Source: Thioploca sp. (GTDB taxonomy: Bacteria; Pseudomonadota; Gammaproteobacteria; Beggiatoales; Beggiatoaceae). Taken from it: a stretch of DNA of 64,000 nt. Shown in pieces: positions 48,909-58,342 of the stretch. The stretch spans positions 40,780 to 104,779 of the forward strand of contig JAAUSR010000006.1 of the NCBI GenBank assembly GCA_012032555.1. Direction: 5' to 3'. The notes beneath the pieces are model-generated. The model was not told where the DNA came from. It saw only the letters and a program-made list of their open reading frames with translations, and did not search any database. Numbering within the stretch: position 1 is the stretch's first letter; each line of letters starts with the position of its first letter. The position numbers and the translations under genes are program-made.

Positions 48909-49818
48909 AAGCGCTTATCTCTTCATGAGCAGATTTTTTGGTATAAATCTTTTCCTCTCTCACGACATCTTCAAATGCATGTGAATATTCTGAAAAACGA
49001 ATACTTTCTTTAGAACCCAAACAAAGATAACCTTCATGACCTAAACTTTCAAAAAATAGTCCTAACGCTCGATTTTGTAAATCACGGTTAAAGTAGATTA
49101 ATACATTCCGACACATGATTAAATTCATTTCGCCAAATACACCATCCGTCGCCAAATTATGATCAGAAAACAAGATATTTTCCTTCAAAGCTTTATTCAT
49201 GACAACATGGTCGTAATGTGCTGAATAATAATCAGAAAATGATTCTAACCCGCCTGACTTTTGGTAGTTAGCTGTATATTGCTTGAGCTTACTAATATTA
49301 AAAATACCATCTCTAGCTTGTTTGAGCACGACTTCATTCATATCAGTAGCATAAATCTGAGTGCGTTCATATAAACCCTCCTCTTTTAAAATAATCGCCA
49401 TAGAGTAAACTTCTTCGCCGCTAGAACAACCCGCATGCCATATTTTAAGAAAAGAAAATTTTTTGAGTTCTGGGATAACGACTTTTCTCAAAGCAAGGTA
49501 AAAGCTGGGATCACGAAACATTTCGGTCACGTTGATAGACATATCCAACAAAAGTCTTTCAAAAAAAGCAATATCATAAAGTACTTTATGTTGCATAGCC
49601 GATAAACTGTTTATTCCCTCTTTAAGCATACGATGTTGAATTCGTCGTTTAATAGATGCTTTGGCATAATTTCTAAAGTCGTAACCATACTTTAAATAAA
49701 TGGCTTGTAATAATAATTGTAATTCAATATTTTGAGTTTCAATATCTTCCATAGTGGTGGCAACGGTTAATATAGAGGAATCAATTTTTATCACAACCTT
49801 AAATAAGGGTGAAAACAA
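48901..49818 (-). CDS. cheR: protein-glutamate O-methyltransferase
   Basis: CheR N-domain LLLQAIYLKYGYDFRNYAKASIKRRI, TEMFRDP, and SAM motif IWHAGCSSGEEVYSMAI. The probable start is the Met at about 49752 (MEDIETQ). Confidence 0.85.
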   Translation of the reverse strand: MFSPLFKVVIKIDSSILTVATTMEDIETQNIELQLLLQAIYLKYGYDFRNYAKASIKRRIQHRMLKEGINSLSAMQHKVLYDIAFFERLLLDMSINVTEMFRDPSFYLALRKVVIPELKKFSFLKIWHAGCSSGEEVYSMAIILKEEGLYERTQIYATDMNEVVLKQARDGIFNISKLKQYTANYQKSGGLESFSDYYSAHYDHVVMNKALKENILFSDHNLATDGVFGEMNLIMCRNVLIYFNRDLQNRALGLFFESLGHEGYLCLGSKESIRFSEYSHAFEDVVREEKIYTKKSAHEEISAYD

Positions 49819-50021
49819 ATTGATAGGCTATTATTTTGTTAGAATCTCGTAAATTAATTTAACTAACACGAAGTTAGGATAGATTATTAGTATAAAAGAA
49901 TAACTAAAAAAAGCGAGAAGAAACGACAAGCTAGCGGTTTCTTTTTCAATGGGTTGGAATAAGTTAATTAAAGATAGTGTCGTGGTAACCAAACACCAAA
50001 TTGGTGGTAACTATTTTTAGG

Positions 50022-50049
50022 GTAACAAGGGGTTACAATCCCTTGTTAC
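50022..50049. other. perfect 10-bp hairpin between the TPR gene and cheR
   Basis: Stem gtaacaaggg / cccttgttac with loop gttacaat, 22 nt after the TPR stop. No U tract on the minus strand. Confidence 0.35.
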
Positions 50050-50070
50050 TACCTCGCTAACCGCTATTTA

Positions 50071-51060
50071 TTAGATTTGAATCTCATCCAGCAATTGTTG
50101 TACCCGCTGAGTATTAGGATTGCCTAGGGCCTCAAATAATTGCAAACTATTATCTAGCATTTGCTTCGCTTGCGATAGTTCGCTTTGATTTTTATAAGCA
50201 AGACCCAAATTCGCATAACTGTTAGCGATATCTAATTTATTTTTTAATTTGCGATTGATCTCTAAACTTTTGAGAAACACTTCTTCCGCCAATTTGTGCT
50301 CACCTTGCCGATTATAAACAGCACCGAGCATCGTATAGTTTCTCGCCATACTCGGTTGATCGTCTGCCACTTCATTGAGTTCTATGGCTTTAATAAACAT
50401 TTTGCTAGCATTAACCAAATTATTCCAGTTCACATAAAAAACACCTAAATTAGCATATTTACTAGCTATAGTTGCAGTTTTTCCTAAACTTTCAGTGAGT
50501 TTAAGTTCCTTAAGTAACATGTCTTCGGCTCGTTGCCAATCACCGCGGTTAACGTAAACTGTTGCTAAGCTCGCGTAATTATCCATCATATTTTGCTGAT
50601 TATTTAAAGCTTCATCAATTGCCAAAGCTTTAAGAAGCATTTGTTCGGCTCCTGGTGCATCACCCCGTTTGCCGGCCAACACAGCTAAGTTTGAATAATG
50701 AAGCGCCATGTTTTCTCGACGACCTAAAGATTCATCTATAGTTAATGCCTTGGTGAACATGGGTTCGGCAAGGGTTAATTGGTTGAGTTGGGTATAAATC
50801 ACCCCTAATCGAGCATATTGATCTGCCATGGCGGCTTGATTGTTTAAAGTTTGATTGATTTGCAAACTCATTAATAACATTTCTTTGGCTAAAGGCAATT
50901 GACCCGTTTCCATGTAGAACAACCCTAAATGAGTGTAGTGACTCGCTAAACCGGCTTTATTTTGCAAAACCTCATTAATTTCTAGGCCTTTTGAAAACAT
51001 TTGCTCTGCTGACTGCCAATCATGCCGGTTTATAAAAACGACCCAAAGTAATATAGGCAA
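50071..51060 (-). CDS. TPR-repeat protein, C-terminal part of an ~860-aa gene split by a frameshift
   Basis: Eight 40-aa units of the type YxNLGxxYxxxGxxxxAExMxLKxLxIxExL. Confidence 0.75.
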   Translation of the reverse strand: MPILLWVVFINRHDWQSAEQMFSKGLEINEVLQNKAGLASHYTHLGLFYMETGQLPLAKEMLLMSLQINQTLNNQAAMADQYARLGVIYTQLNQLTLAEPMFTKALTIDESLGRRENMALHYSNLAVLAGKRGDAPGAEQMLLKALAIDEALNNQQNMMDNYASLATVYVNRGDWQRAEDMLLKELKLTESLGKTATIASKYANLGVFYVNWNNLVNASKMFIKAIELNEVADDQPSMARNYTMLGAVYNRQGEHKLAEEVFLKSLEINRKLKNKLDIANSYANLGLAYKNQSELSQAKQMLDNSLQLFEALGNPNTQRVQQLLDEIQI

Positions 51061-52618
51061 CGGTTAATTGATTTTGTTTCTCTTCTTTACTACTGTTCTT
51101 ATCAAGAAGCTTTCCTCTGGCTTGTTGTAAAGAACGTCTATTATCGATATCTATGTTCGCTTGGGTTACCGTTTCTTCCTGATTTTCTAGCGCATTATTA
51201 ATGTCAAGTTCTAGTCCTTTGAGAAACATCTCTTTAGCTGGTGACAAATCGGATTGTTGTTTGGCGTAGAACCGGCCTAATTGAGTATAATCGTTGGCCA
51301 TATTGACTTTATTTTCTAAAGTTTCATCTAATTCTAGCGCGTTAAGCAACATTTCTTCGGCATGTTGCTTATCACCTAGACTGGTATAGAGCGTACCCAA
51401 TTGGGTATAGTTGCTGGCCATACCGGTTTGATTTTCAAGATCTTCATTAATTTTTAAAGCGGTTAGCAACATTTTCTTGGCTTGTTGATTATCACCACGA
51501 TGGATATAGAGATCACCTAATTGAGCAGAATGAATGGCTTTATTTTCTTGATCTTTTAAAGAATCATCTATCTTTATTGCTTTAAGAAGCATTTTTTCCG
51601 CTTGTTGCTCGTGACCACCCTTTAAATAAAATTGTGCCAGTTGAGCATAATAGTAAGCTATACCAGCCTGATTTTCTAAAGTTCGGTTAATTTCTAGTCC
51701 TTTAAGCAACATCTTTTCAGCGCGTTGCCATTGACCCTGATTCAGATAAAATTCACCTAAATTAGCAAATTTATTAATAACTAATTCTTCCTTATTAATA
51801 GAATTAAGGGCTATTTTTTTTAGATACATCTTTTCCGCTTGTGACCATTTACCTTGTTCTGCATAGAGGGCACTTAAATTACTATATTTATTTGCTAGGC
51901 TTTGCTTATTTTCTAAAGTGGCCTCTGGTTCTTCCACTAATTCAGGTTCTTCCACGACTACTTTAGCAATCTCTATACTTTTGAGATACATTTTTTCAGT
52001 AAGTGGCCAATTACCGCGCACATAATAGAGGTTACCCAAATTAACATATTGTTTAGCCATGCCTTTTTTATTATCAGCCTGTTTAAAAATTTCTAAACTT
52101 TTTAGGAACATTTTTTCTGAACGTGCCCAATCACCCTGGATTGCATAAAGGCTACCCAAGTTGTCGTATTGTTCTGCTATGGCTTCAGGTTTTTCTAGTT
52201 CTTGAAATATTTCTAAACCTTGGAGATACATTTTCTCAGCCGGTTGCCAACGACCGATTGTTCCGTAGAGAAGCCCAAGATTGGCATATTGTTTAGCCAT
52301 ATTCTCTGGTTTTTCTAATTCTTGCCAAATAGTAAGGCTTTGGAGATACATTTGTTCGGCTTGTTTGGAATTACCTTGACTGCGATAAAGATGTCCGAGA
52401 TTTTCATATCCCTGGGCCACTCCTTCCTGATAGGTTAATTCCTGAAAAATCTTGATACTTTTGAGATACATTTCCTCGGCTTCAGTCCAATGACCCTCAT
52501 TTCGGTATTCTTCTCCTTGTTTTATATAATCAACCGCTTGATTATACTGATTAGCTTTCCAGATTTGCCAAGCAATAAAGCCTAAAAAACGATAACCATA
52601 ATGGACATTATCCACCAA
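51020..52618 (-). CDS. TPR-repeat protein, N-terminal part (one TM-like segment, then about 12 40-aa TPR units)
   Basis: Same 40-aa repeat. The ORF ends ...VAYITLGRFYKPA*, whereas the overlapping downstream frame continues ...FINRHDWQSAEQMF, in other words inside one repeat unit. Confidence 0.75.
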   Translation of the reverse strand: MVDNVHYGYRFLGFIAWQIWKANQYNQAVDYIKQGEEYRNEGHWTEAEEMYLKSIKIFQELTYQEGVAQGYENLGHLYRSQGNSKQAEQMYLQSLTIWQELEKPENMAKQYANLGLLYGTIGRWQPAEKMYLQGLEIFQELEKPEAIAEQYDNLGSLYAIQGDWARSEKMFLKSLEIFKQADNKKGMAKQYVNLGNLYYVRGNWPLTEKMYLKSIEIAKVVVEEPELVEEPEATLENKQSLANKYSNLSALYAEQGKWSQAEKMYLKKIALNSINKEELVINKFANLGEFYLNQGQWQRAEKMLLKGLEINRTLENQAGIAYYYAQLAQFYLKGGHEQQAEKMLLKAIKIDDSLKDQENKAIHSAQLGDLYIHRGDNQQAKKMLLTALKINEDLENQTGMASNYTQLGTLYTSLGDKQHAEEMLLNALELDETLENKVNMANDYTQLGRFYAKQQSDLSPAKEMFLKGLELDINNALENQEETVTQANIDIDNRRSLQQARGKLLDKNSSKEEKQNQLTVAYITLGRFYKPA

Positions 52619-52676
52619 CTAATCGTTTTAAAAATCGGTTTCTCTGCTGCCAGATTCATTATTTTACTTCCTTTAT

Positions 52677-54476
52677 TTATGATTTACGGTAACACACAAT
52701 GGTTGGCCCAATAGTGAGATTGGGGTTGTAATATATTTCAATAAGCTTTTTAGTTGCCTGCAGCGTCTTTAATTGCTGATTCACCTCGGGAAACCAATAG
52801 GTAAACCCAATAAGTTCTTCATGACTTGCTTGAAATTGAGTCATCGGTTGAAAACCATTTTTTATGATATAGTGCCGATAGGTTTCGGAACGTTCTGCGG
52901 TCAACATGAGAAATTGTGGCTCATTATCTTTGATAAATGCAAGACTTTGATTCTGACTTTCCCAAGATACCCAAATGAGCTTTGCCGCTGGGTTGATGTA
53001 GTCTTTAAATTGATTTTTATCAATTATTTTCGACGGAACCCAACTCAGAATAGTATGAGGCATGGTCCAAGTGATTTGGGGAGGAACCGGTGCTGAGCCA
53101 ATATCGAATAGCATTTTACTCGCCGCAAGCGTTTTGCTATTGTTTAATATAAATTCCCTCATTTGGTAATAAGTGGAATGTTGATAAGTTGCTCTAGCGA
53201 GAAGAGAATTAGTGGTGGTTAATAAGTTTTCAGCAAAAATCGATAATAGATAGAAACTGACTAGGATAGCGAAAATAATTGGCAAATGGTGCAGTCCTTT
53301 TACGGGTAAAGAACCTAAGTATTTCCAAATAAATAAGATAATAGCAATACTATTTAAGATTAACAATGGTGCAATTGGATAAATATATCTGAGTTCAAAA
53401 TGCAAGGTTCGGTTTCCAAAAATAACTATGCCTAAATAGACGTTGCAAAACAAAACACTGATAACAAATAACCCCGAGACCACGTTTTTCTTTCTAAAGA
53501 GTAAAGGAATGATTAATAAATAAAGCCAAAGTACATTAAGATAAATAAGCGGTTCTTGTTGATAAAGCTTAAGCCACTGTTGAAAACTGGTTATAAAGGG
53601 TACCGTCATATGGGGATTTTTTCCGGTATTATTCAAAAAAATCCAAGGTTTAAATAGCCACAGGTTACTATAGACACCACCACCAAAGTCAATAATAGCG
53701 TAAGGATGAACAATTAATATCGTTAATAAATAGATAAGAGGTAACGAAATAATGATTTTTAAAATGGCCTTAGAAAATAAACCCGTTAAATAACTTATAC
53801 CGTATTGATTGCAATAGCTCACCAAAAAAATGAAAAAGATAGGAAACAAATAAAAACCATGATACATTTTAATAAAAGTGGTTAATATTAAGTTAACAAA
53901 AGCAATATAAAAATAACTGAGTTTGGGTTGCTGGGTAAATTTCACCGTATAGAGAATTGACAATAAGAGAAAAGTCATACCGGTAGCGTCTGGATGAAGC
54001 CAGTAAGAATAAATTGCGGCCCACGGTAAGAACATAAAAAACAAACTGGCTAGGAAGGAAATTTTTTTATTATTAAATAAATGATTGGATAAATTAAAAA
54101 ATAATAAGATTGAAGTGAGGGCAAAACTAAAATTAATCGCTCTCATCGTGGCATTAAAAATGGGTTGATTATCAATTAGACCCCATAGCGGTTGTTCATA
54201 AAAGCCGAAAACCTGTCCAATAAGTTTTAATAATAAAATCACTATAAAGCTAATATCATTAAAAGGCCAACCGTATCCGGCGAAAAAATAATTATATTGG
54301 CTATAAATCGGGTGAGCAAACAAACTCATAATCCCATAAGCTAAATTTCCGGGGTCGCCAGATTCATAAATTGCCATTAAAGTAGGGTCTTCGTTGAGTA
54401 TGAATACCGTATGTAAGAAAACAGCAACAAAAACAACAATTAAACCGGTGGTGTAAGGACAAAAATTTAACCGCAT
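52677..54476 (-). CDS. large polytopic membrane protein, putative GT-C fold (ArnT-like) glycosyltransferase
   Basis: 599 aa with about 13 hydrophobic segments, an acidic first loop (NEDPTLMAIYESGDPGN) and a C-terminal soluble domain. It is paired divergently with a polyprenyl-phosphate GT2. Confidence 0.45.
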   Translation of the reverse strand: MRLNFCPYTTGLIVVFVAVFLHTVFILNEDPTLMAIYESGDPGNLAYGIMSLFAHPIYSQYNYFFAGYGWPFNDISFIVILLLKLIGQVFGFYEQPLWGLIDNQPIFNATMRAINFSFALTSILLFFNLSNHLFNNKKISFLASLFFMFLPWAAIYSYWLHPDATGMTFLLLSILYTVKFTQQPKLSYFYIAFVNLILTTFIKMYHGFYLFPIFFIFLVSYCNQYGISYLTGLFSKAILKIIISLPLIYLLTILIVHPYAIIDFGGGVYSNLWLFKPWIFLNNTGKNPHMTVPFITSFQQWLKLYQQEPLIYLNVLWLYLLIIPLLFRKKNVVSGLFVISVLFCNVYLGIVIFGNRTLHFELRYIYPIAPLLILNSIAIILFIWKYLGSLPVKGLHHLPIIFAILVSFYLLSIFAENLLTTTNSLLARATYQHSTYYQMREFILNNSKTLAASKMLFDIGSAPVPPQITWTMPHTILSWVPSKIIDKNQFKDYINPAAKLIWVSWESQNQSLAFIKDNEPQFLMLTAERSETYRHYIIKNGFQPMTQFQASHEELIGFTYWFPEVNQQLKTLQATKKLIEIYYNPNLTIGPTIVCYRKS

Positions 54477-54498
54477 AACTAAACACTATTCCTTTACT

Positions 54499-55473
54499 AT
54501 GAAAACAACCATTTCTTCGTTCTCGCTCGTTATTCCCGTTTACAATGAAGAGGATAATCTGACCTTATTACATGAAAATCTCGCGTCAATGCTAATGACA
54601 ATAAATTATGACTATGAAATCATTTATATTGATGATGGTAGCGATGATACAAGTTTTGTTCTACTTGAGCAATTTGCCCAACAGAACAACCAAGTTAAGG
54701 TAGTTCGATTTACTCGTAATTATGGTCAAACCGCTGCTCTCGCTGCTGGTATAGATTATGCCACTGGAGATGCTATTATTTTTATAGATGCTGATTTACA
54801 AAATGATCCAACTGATATTCCGATGATGTTAACTAAATTGAATGAAGGTTACGATGTAGTTAGTGGTTGGCGATTACACCGACAGGATACTTGGTTAACT
54901 CGTACCTTACCTTCGCAGTTAGCTAATTGGTTGATTTCAAAAATTACTAAAGTACATTTACATGATTATGGTTGTACTCTCAAGATCTATCGGCGTGAGG
55001 TACTGCAAGGTTATCGTCTTTATGGAGAAATGCATCGTTTTTTACCAGCTTATGCAGCTCAAGTCGGTGCTAACATTATTGAGGTACCCGTTAAGCATCA
55101 TCCTCGTCGCTATGGTCAATCGAAATATGGCTTAGAACGTACTCTAAAAGTCGTTTTAGATTTATTGACGGTAAAATTTTTAAATAGTTATGCTCAAAAA
55201 CCGATTTATGTGTTTGGGAGTGTAGGCATTTTACTTATTGCTATTAGTTTTTTTCTCGTTTTCTTCTTACTCATGGAGAAAATATTTTATGGATATTCTT
55301 TGGTAACCAATCCCTTGTTACTCATGTCAGTTATGTTTACTATTCTAGGAGCACAATCTATCTTCATCGGATTAATTGGCGAATTGTTGGTACGAACTTA
55401 TTATGAATCTCAAGGTAAATCGACCTACCATATTAGTCGGCGGTTAAATCTCGATAAGGTAATCCAATCTTGA
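54499..55473 (+). CDS. polyprenyl-phosphate glycosyltransferase, family 2 (ArnC/GtrB-like)
   Basis: FSLVIPVYNEEDNL, IFIDADLQNDP and RRYGQSKYG, plus two C-terminal TM helices. Confidence 0.85.
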   Translation: MKTTISSFSLVIPVYNEEDNLTLLHENLASMLMTINYDYEIIYIDDGSDDTSFVLLEQFAQQNNQVKVVRFTRNYGQTAALAAGIDYATGDAIIFIDADLQNDPTDIPMMLTKLNEGYDVVSGWRLHRQDTWLTRTLPSQLANWLISKITKVHLHDYGCTLKIYRREVLQGYRLYGEMHRFLPAYAAQVGANIIEVPVKHHPRRYGQSKYGLERTLKVVLDLLTVKFLNSYAQKPIYVFGSVGILLIAISFFLVFFLLMEKIFYGYSLVTNPLLLMSVMFTILGAQSIFIGLIGELLVRTYYESQGKSTYHISRRLNLDKVIQS

Positions 55474-55491
55474 TTTGGATAGTGCTAAAAA

Positions 55492-56493
55492 ATGAACCAG
55501 GAGGTCATGATGACAACGCTGCTTTCTCCTAAGCCAGAATCGACTTTACCGACTCAATCGGTCACTGCGCCGGTGAGCCAAGATCAAGTTGATTCTGCTA
55601 CAAATTATTCCGCACTAGCTCCGCAAGATTGGCCTAATATTGACCATTTGGTAACCGAGGATGATACGCCAGTGGACAACATTTTTTCTGAAAAACAACA
55701 ACGTTTATTAGTGGAAAGTTTGTATACTTCTTGGCGTGGAGCCGACCCAAAACGCCAATTTCTAGCGCTTGCTAATGTCGGATTATTTTGCGGTATCAAC
55801 CAACCACCTTTAGTTCCAGATGCCTTACTCAGTCTGGAAGTAAAACTGTTTGAAGATATTTGGACTAAGGCGCACCGTTCTTATCTCTTGTGGGAATATG
55901 GTAAACCCCCGGAAGTGGTCATTGAGATTGTATCAAACCGAAAAGGACATGAACTGGACAGTAAGCTGCACGATTATGCTCGAATCGGAGTCGCTTACTA
56001 CATCGTCTATGATCCAGAGAAACAACTGAGTGAAAAGTTACTTTATCTATATGAGCGGCGTCATATCAGCTATGTTGAAATAAGTGGGCCATGGTTACCA
56101 GAAGTAGAATTGGGTCTAACCTTGTGGCATGGCCAATATGAAGATCGAGAAGATACTTGGTTGCGTTGGTGCGATCCACAAGGTAACCTAATTTTAACCG
56201 GTGCCGAACGTGCTGAGCAAGAACGTCAGCATGCCGAACAAGAATATCAACGTGCTGAGCAAGAACATCAACGTGCCGACCAGGAGAGTCAACGTGCCGA
56301 GCAAGAACATCAACGTGCCGAGCAAGAACGTCAACGTGCCGAGCAAGAACGTCAACGTGCCGAGCAAGAACGTCAGCGCGCCGAGCAAGCCAGCCAAGAC
56401 AAGGAACAAGCCTTATTGCAGTTAGAACAAGAGCGACAACGGGTAGCACAACTGCTTGCCCAACTACAAGCTTTAGAAAGTAATAACAAATAA
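55492..56493 (+). CDS. Uma2-family (DUF820) restriction-endonuclease-fold protein with a C-terminal heptad-repeat tail
   Basis: Core PPEVVIEIVSNRKGHELDSKLHDYARIGVAYYIVYDP, followed by about nine AEQE(R/H)QR heptads. Confidence 0.75.
   Translation: MNQEVMMTTLLSPKPESTLPTQSVTAPVSQDQVDSATNYSALAPQDWPNIDHLVTEDDTPVDNIFSEKQQRLLVESLYTSWRGADPKRQFLALANVGLFCGINQPPLVPDALLSLEVKLFEDIWTKAHRSYLLWEYGKPPEVVIEIVSNRKGHELDSKLHDYARIGVAYYIVYDPEKQLSEKLLYLYERRHISYVEISGPWLPEVELGLTLWHGQYEDREDTWLRWCDPQGNLILTGAERAEQERQHAEQEYQRAEQEHQRADQESQRAEQEHQRAEQERQRAEQERQRAEQERQRAEQASQDKEQALLQLEQERQRVAQLLAQLQALESNNK
56212..56400 (+). repeat. nine tandem 21-bp repeats (consensus gccgagcaagaacgtcaacgt) encoding AEQERQR
   Basis: Units start at 56212, 56233, 56254, 56275, 56296, 56317, 56338, 56359 and 56380. 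Units 6 and 7 are identical. Confidence 0.9.
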
Positions 56494-56494
56494 G

Positions 56495-58342
56495 ATGTGT
56501 GGCATAGCCGGATTTGTTGGCAGCGGTACGATAGCTGACTTACAACGCATGACCCAACAGTTAATTCATCGTGGTCCAGATGCTCAAGGACTGTGGTATG
56601 ACGCTAACCAAGGGGTGTATTTGGGTCAGCGGCGGTTATCAATTATCGATCTGGTTGGGGGTAAACAACCCATGTGGACACCAGATGAGCAATTGGGCGT
56701 TATTTTTAATGGCGAAATTTATAATCACTTGGAACTTCGTCAACAGTTAGAACAAGCCGGTTATCATTTCTCCACTCATCATTCTGACACCGAAGTACTT
56801 TTACACGGTTATCGGGCATGGGGTAAGGAATTACCTAATAAACTCAATGGCATGTGGGCATTTGTTTTATATGATCGTCAACAAAGTATCTTATTCGGTA
56901 GTCGGGATCGTTTTGGCAAAAAACCGTTTTTCTATACTTATCAATCCGGCAATTTCATTTTTGCTTCTGAGCTAAAAGCGGTTACGAGTCACGCTAGTGT
57001 AAAACCCTCATTATCAAAATTAGCCCTCCAAAAATACTTCGCCTATGGTTATATCCCAGCACCGCATTCTCTTTACGAAAATATCTATAAACTGCCAGCC
57101 GGTCATTCTTTATGGTATCACCTTAACACTCAAACGCTTACCGTCCAAAAATATTGGGATTTTGTGTTGGAACCTTTTGAACATTTCCCCAAAAATCCAG
57201 CAACAGAATGGAGCGAACAACTACGTGAACTTTTAGATCAAGCGGTACAAAGACGGTTGATGTCTGATGTGCCCTTGGGCGTGTTCTTAAGTGGTGGAAT
57301 TGATTCTTCAGCGATAGCGGCATTGGCTAGTAAACATATTTCGGCAACTGACTTAAATACCTTCAGTATTGGTTTTACCGAACCGGATTTCGATGAATCG
57401 GCTTATGCTAAACAGGTTGCTCAATTTATTAATTCTCAACATCATGTAGCGATTCTTTCAGTGGAAAAAAGTCGGAAATTATTACCCGAAATTATGAGCA
57501 AGTTAGATGAGCCACTGGGAGATAGTTCGCTGTTACCCACTTATCTACTCTGTCATCACGCGCGCCAAAAAGTAACTGTGGCTTTAGGAGGTGATGGTGG
57601 CGATGAACTCTTTGCCGGTTATGATCCATTTCAGGCTTTACGGTATGCTCAACTCTATCATCGCCTTATTCCTAAACCAATTCATCGTGCGATTGAAATG
57701 TTGTTCGCTCAGCTACCGGTTTCTCATCGCAATATGAGTTTAGATTTTAAAATCAAACGCACCTTACGCGGGTTAAGTTATCCACCTCAACTTTGGTGTC
57801 CTACTTGGATGGCTAGCCTCGCTGCGGATGAATTAGCGGATTTATTCCAAGAAAAAATTAATTTAGAAGCGATTTATTCCGAAGCCATCGAACAATGGGA
57901 AGCTTGTCATCAAACCAATTTAATCGACAAAGTTTTGCAATTTTTTACTAAACTTTATTTGCAAGACGATATTCTAGTTAAAATCGACCGGGCTAGCATG
58001 TTAGTTTCTCTAGAAGCGCGATCACCATTTTTAGATATTGACGTCGTTAATTTTGTCCGCCAACTTCCCAGTCATTATAAATTTCGCCACGGACAAACTA
58101 AGTATATTTTAAAAAAAGCACTCGAACCACTCTTACCAAAAGAGATTATCTATCGCCGGAAAAAAGGCTTTGGTGTTCCAATTGGTAAGTGGTTTTATCA
58201 ACAACAACTTCCTTTTACTAATCTCCCGGCTTTACCCTTAAACTTAGATTTTATTAACCGTAAATTAGTCGAACATACTCAACAACAGGCTGATCAACGT
58301 GCATTTCTCTGGAATTTATGGGTTTATCAGGCAATGCGTTAA
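56495..58342 (+). CDS. asnB: asparagine synthase (glutamine-hydrolysing)
   Basis: N-terminal nucleophile MCGIAGFVG and PP-loop GVFLSGGIDSS. It starts 1 nt after the Uma2 stop. Confidence 0.85.
   Translation: MCGIAGFVGSGTIADLQRMTQQLIHRGPDAQGLWYDANQGVYLGQRRLSIIDLVGGKQPMWTPDEQLGVIFNGEIYNHLELRQQLEQAGYHFSTHHSDTEVLLHGYRAWGKELPNKLNGMWAFVLYDRQQSILFGSRDRFGKKPFFYTYQSGNFIFASELKAVTSHASVKPSLSKLALQKYFAYGYIPAPHSLYENIYKLPAGHSLWYHLNTQTLTVQKYWDFVLEPFEHFPKNPATEWSEQLRELLDQAVQRRLMSDVPLGVFLSGGIDSSAIAALASKHISATDLNTFSIGFTEPDFDESAYAKQVAQFINSQHHVAILSVEKSRKLLPEIMSKLDEPLGDSSLLPTYLLCHHARQKVTVALGGDGGDELFAGYDPFQALRYAQLYHRLIPKPIHRAIEMLFAQLPVSHRNMSLDFKIKRTLRGLSYPPQLWCPTWMASLAADELADLFQEKINLEAIYSEAIEQWEACHQTNLIDKVLQFFTKLYLQDDILVKIDRASMLVSLEARSPFLDIDVVNFVRQLPSHYKFRHGQTKYILKKALEPLLPKEIIYRRKKGFGVPIGKWFYQQQLPFTNLPALPLNLDFINRKLVEHTQQQADQRAFLWNLWVYQAMR

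Noticed and set aside
56066-56449. Three overlapping ORFs, and a CRISPR-like look to the regular 21-bp periodicity.
   Set aside because: The units are directly abutting tandem repeats with no unique spacers. They lie in frame within the Uma2 ORF, so this is a coding heptad repeat, not a CRISPR array. The extra ORFs are by-products of the repeat.
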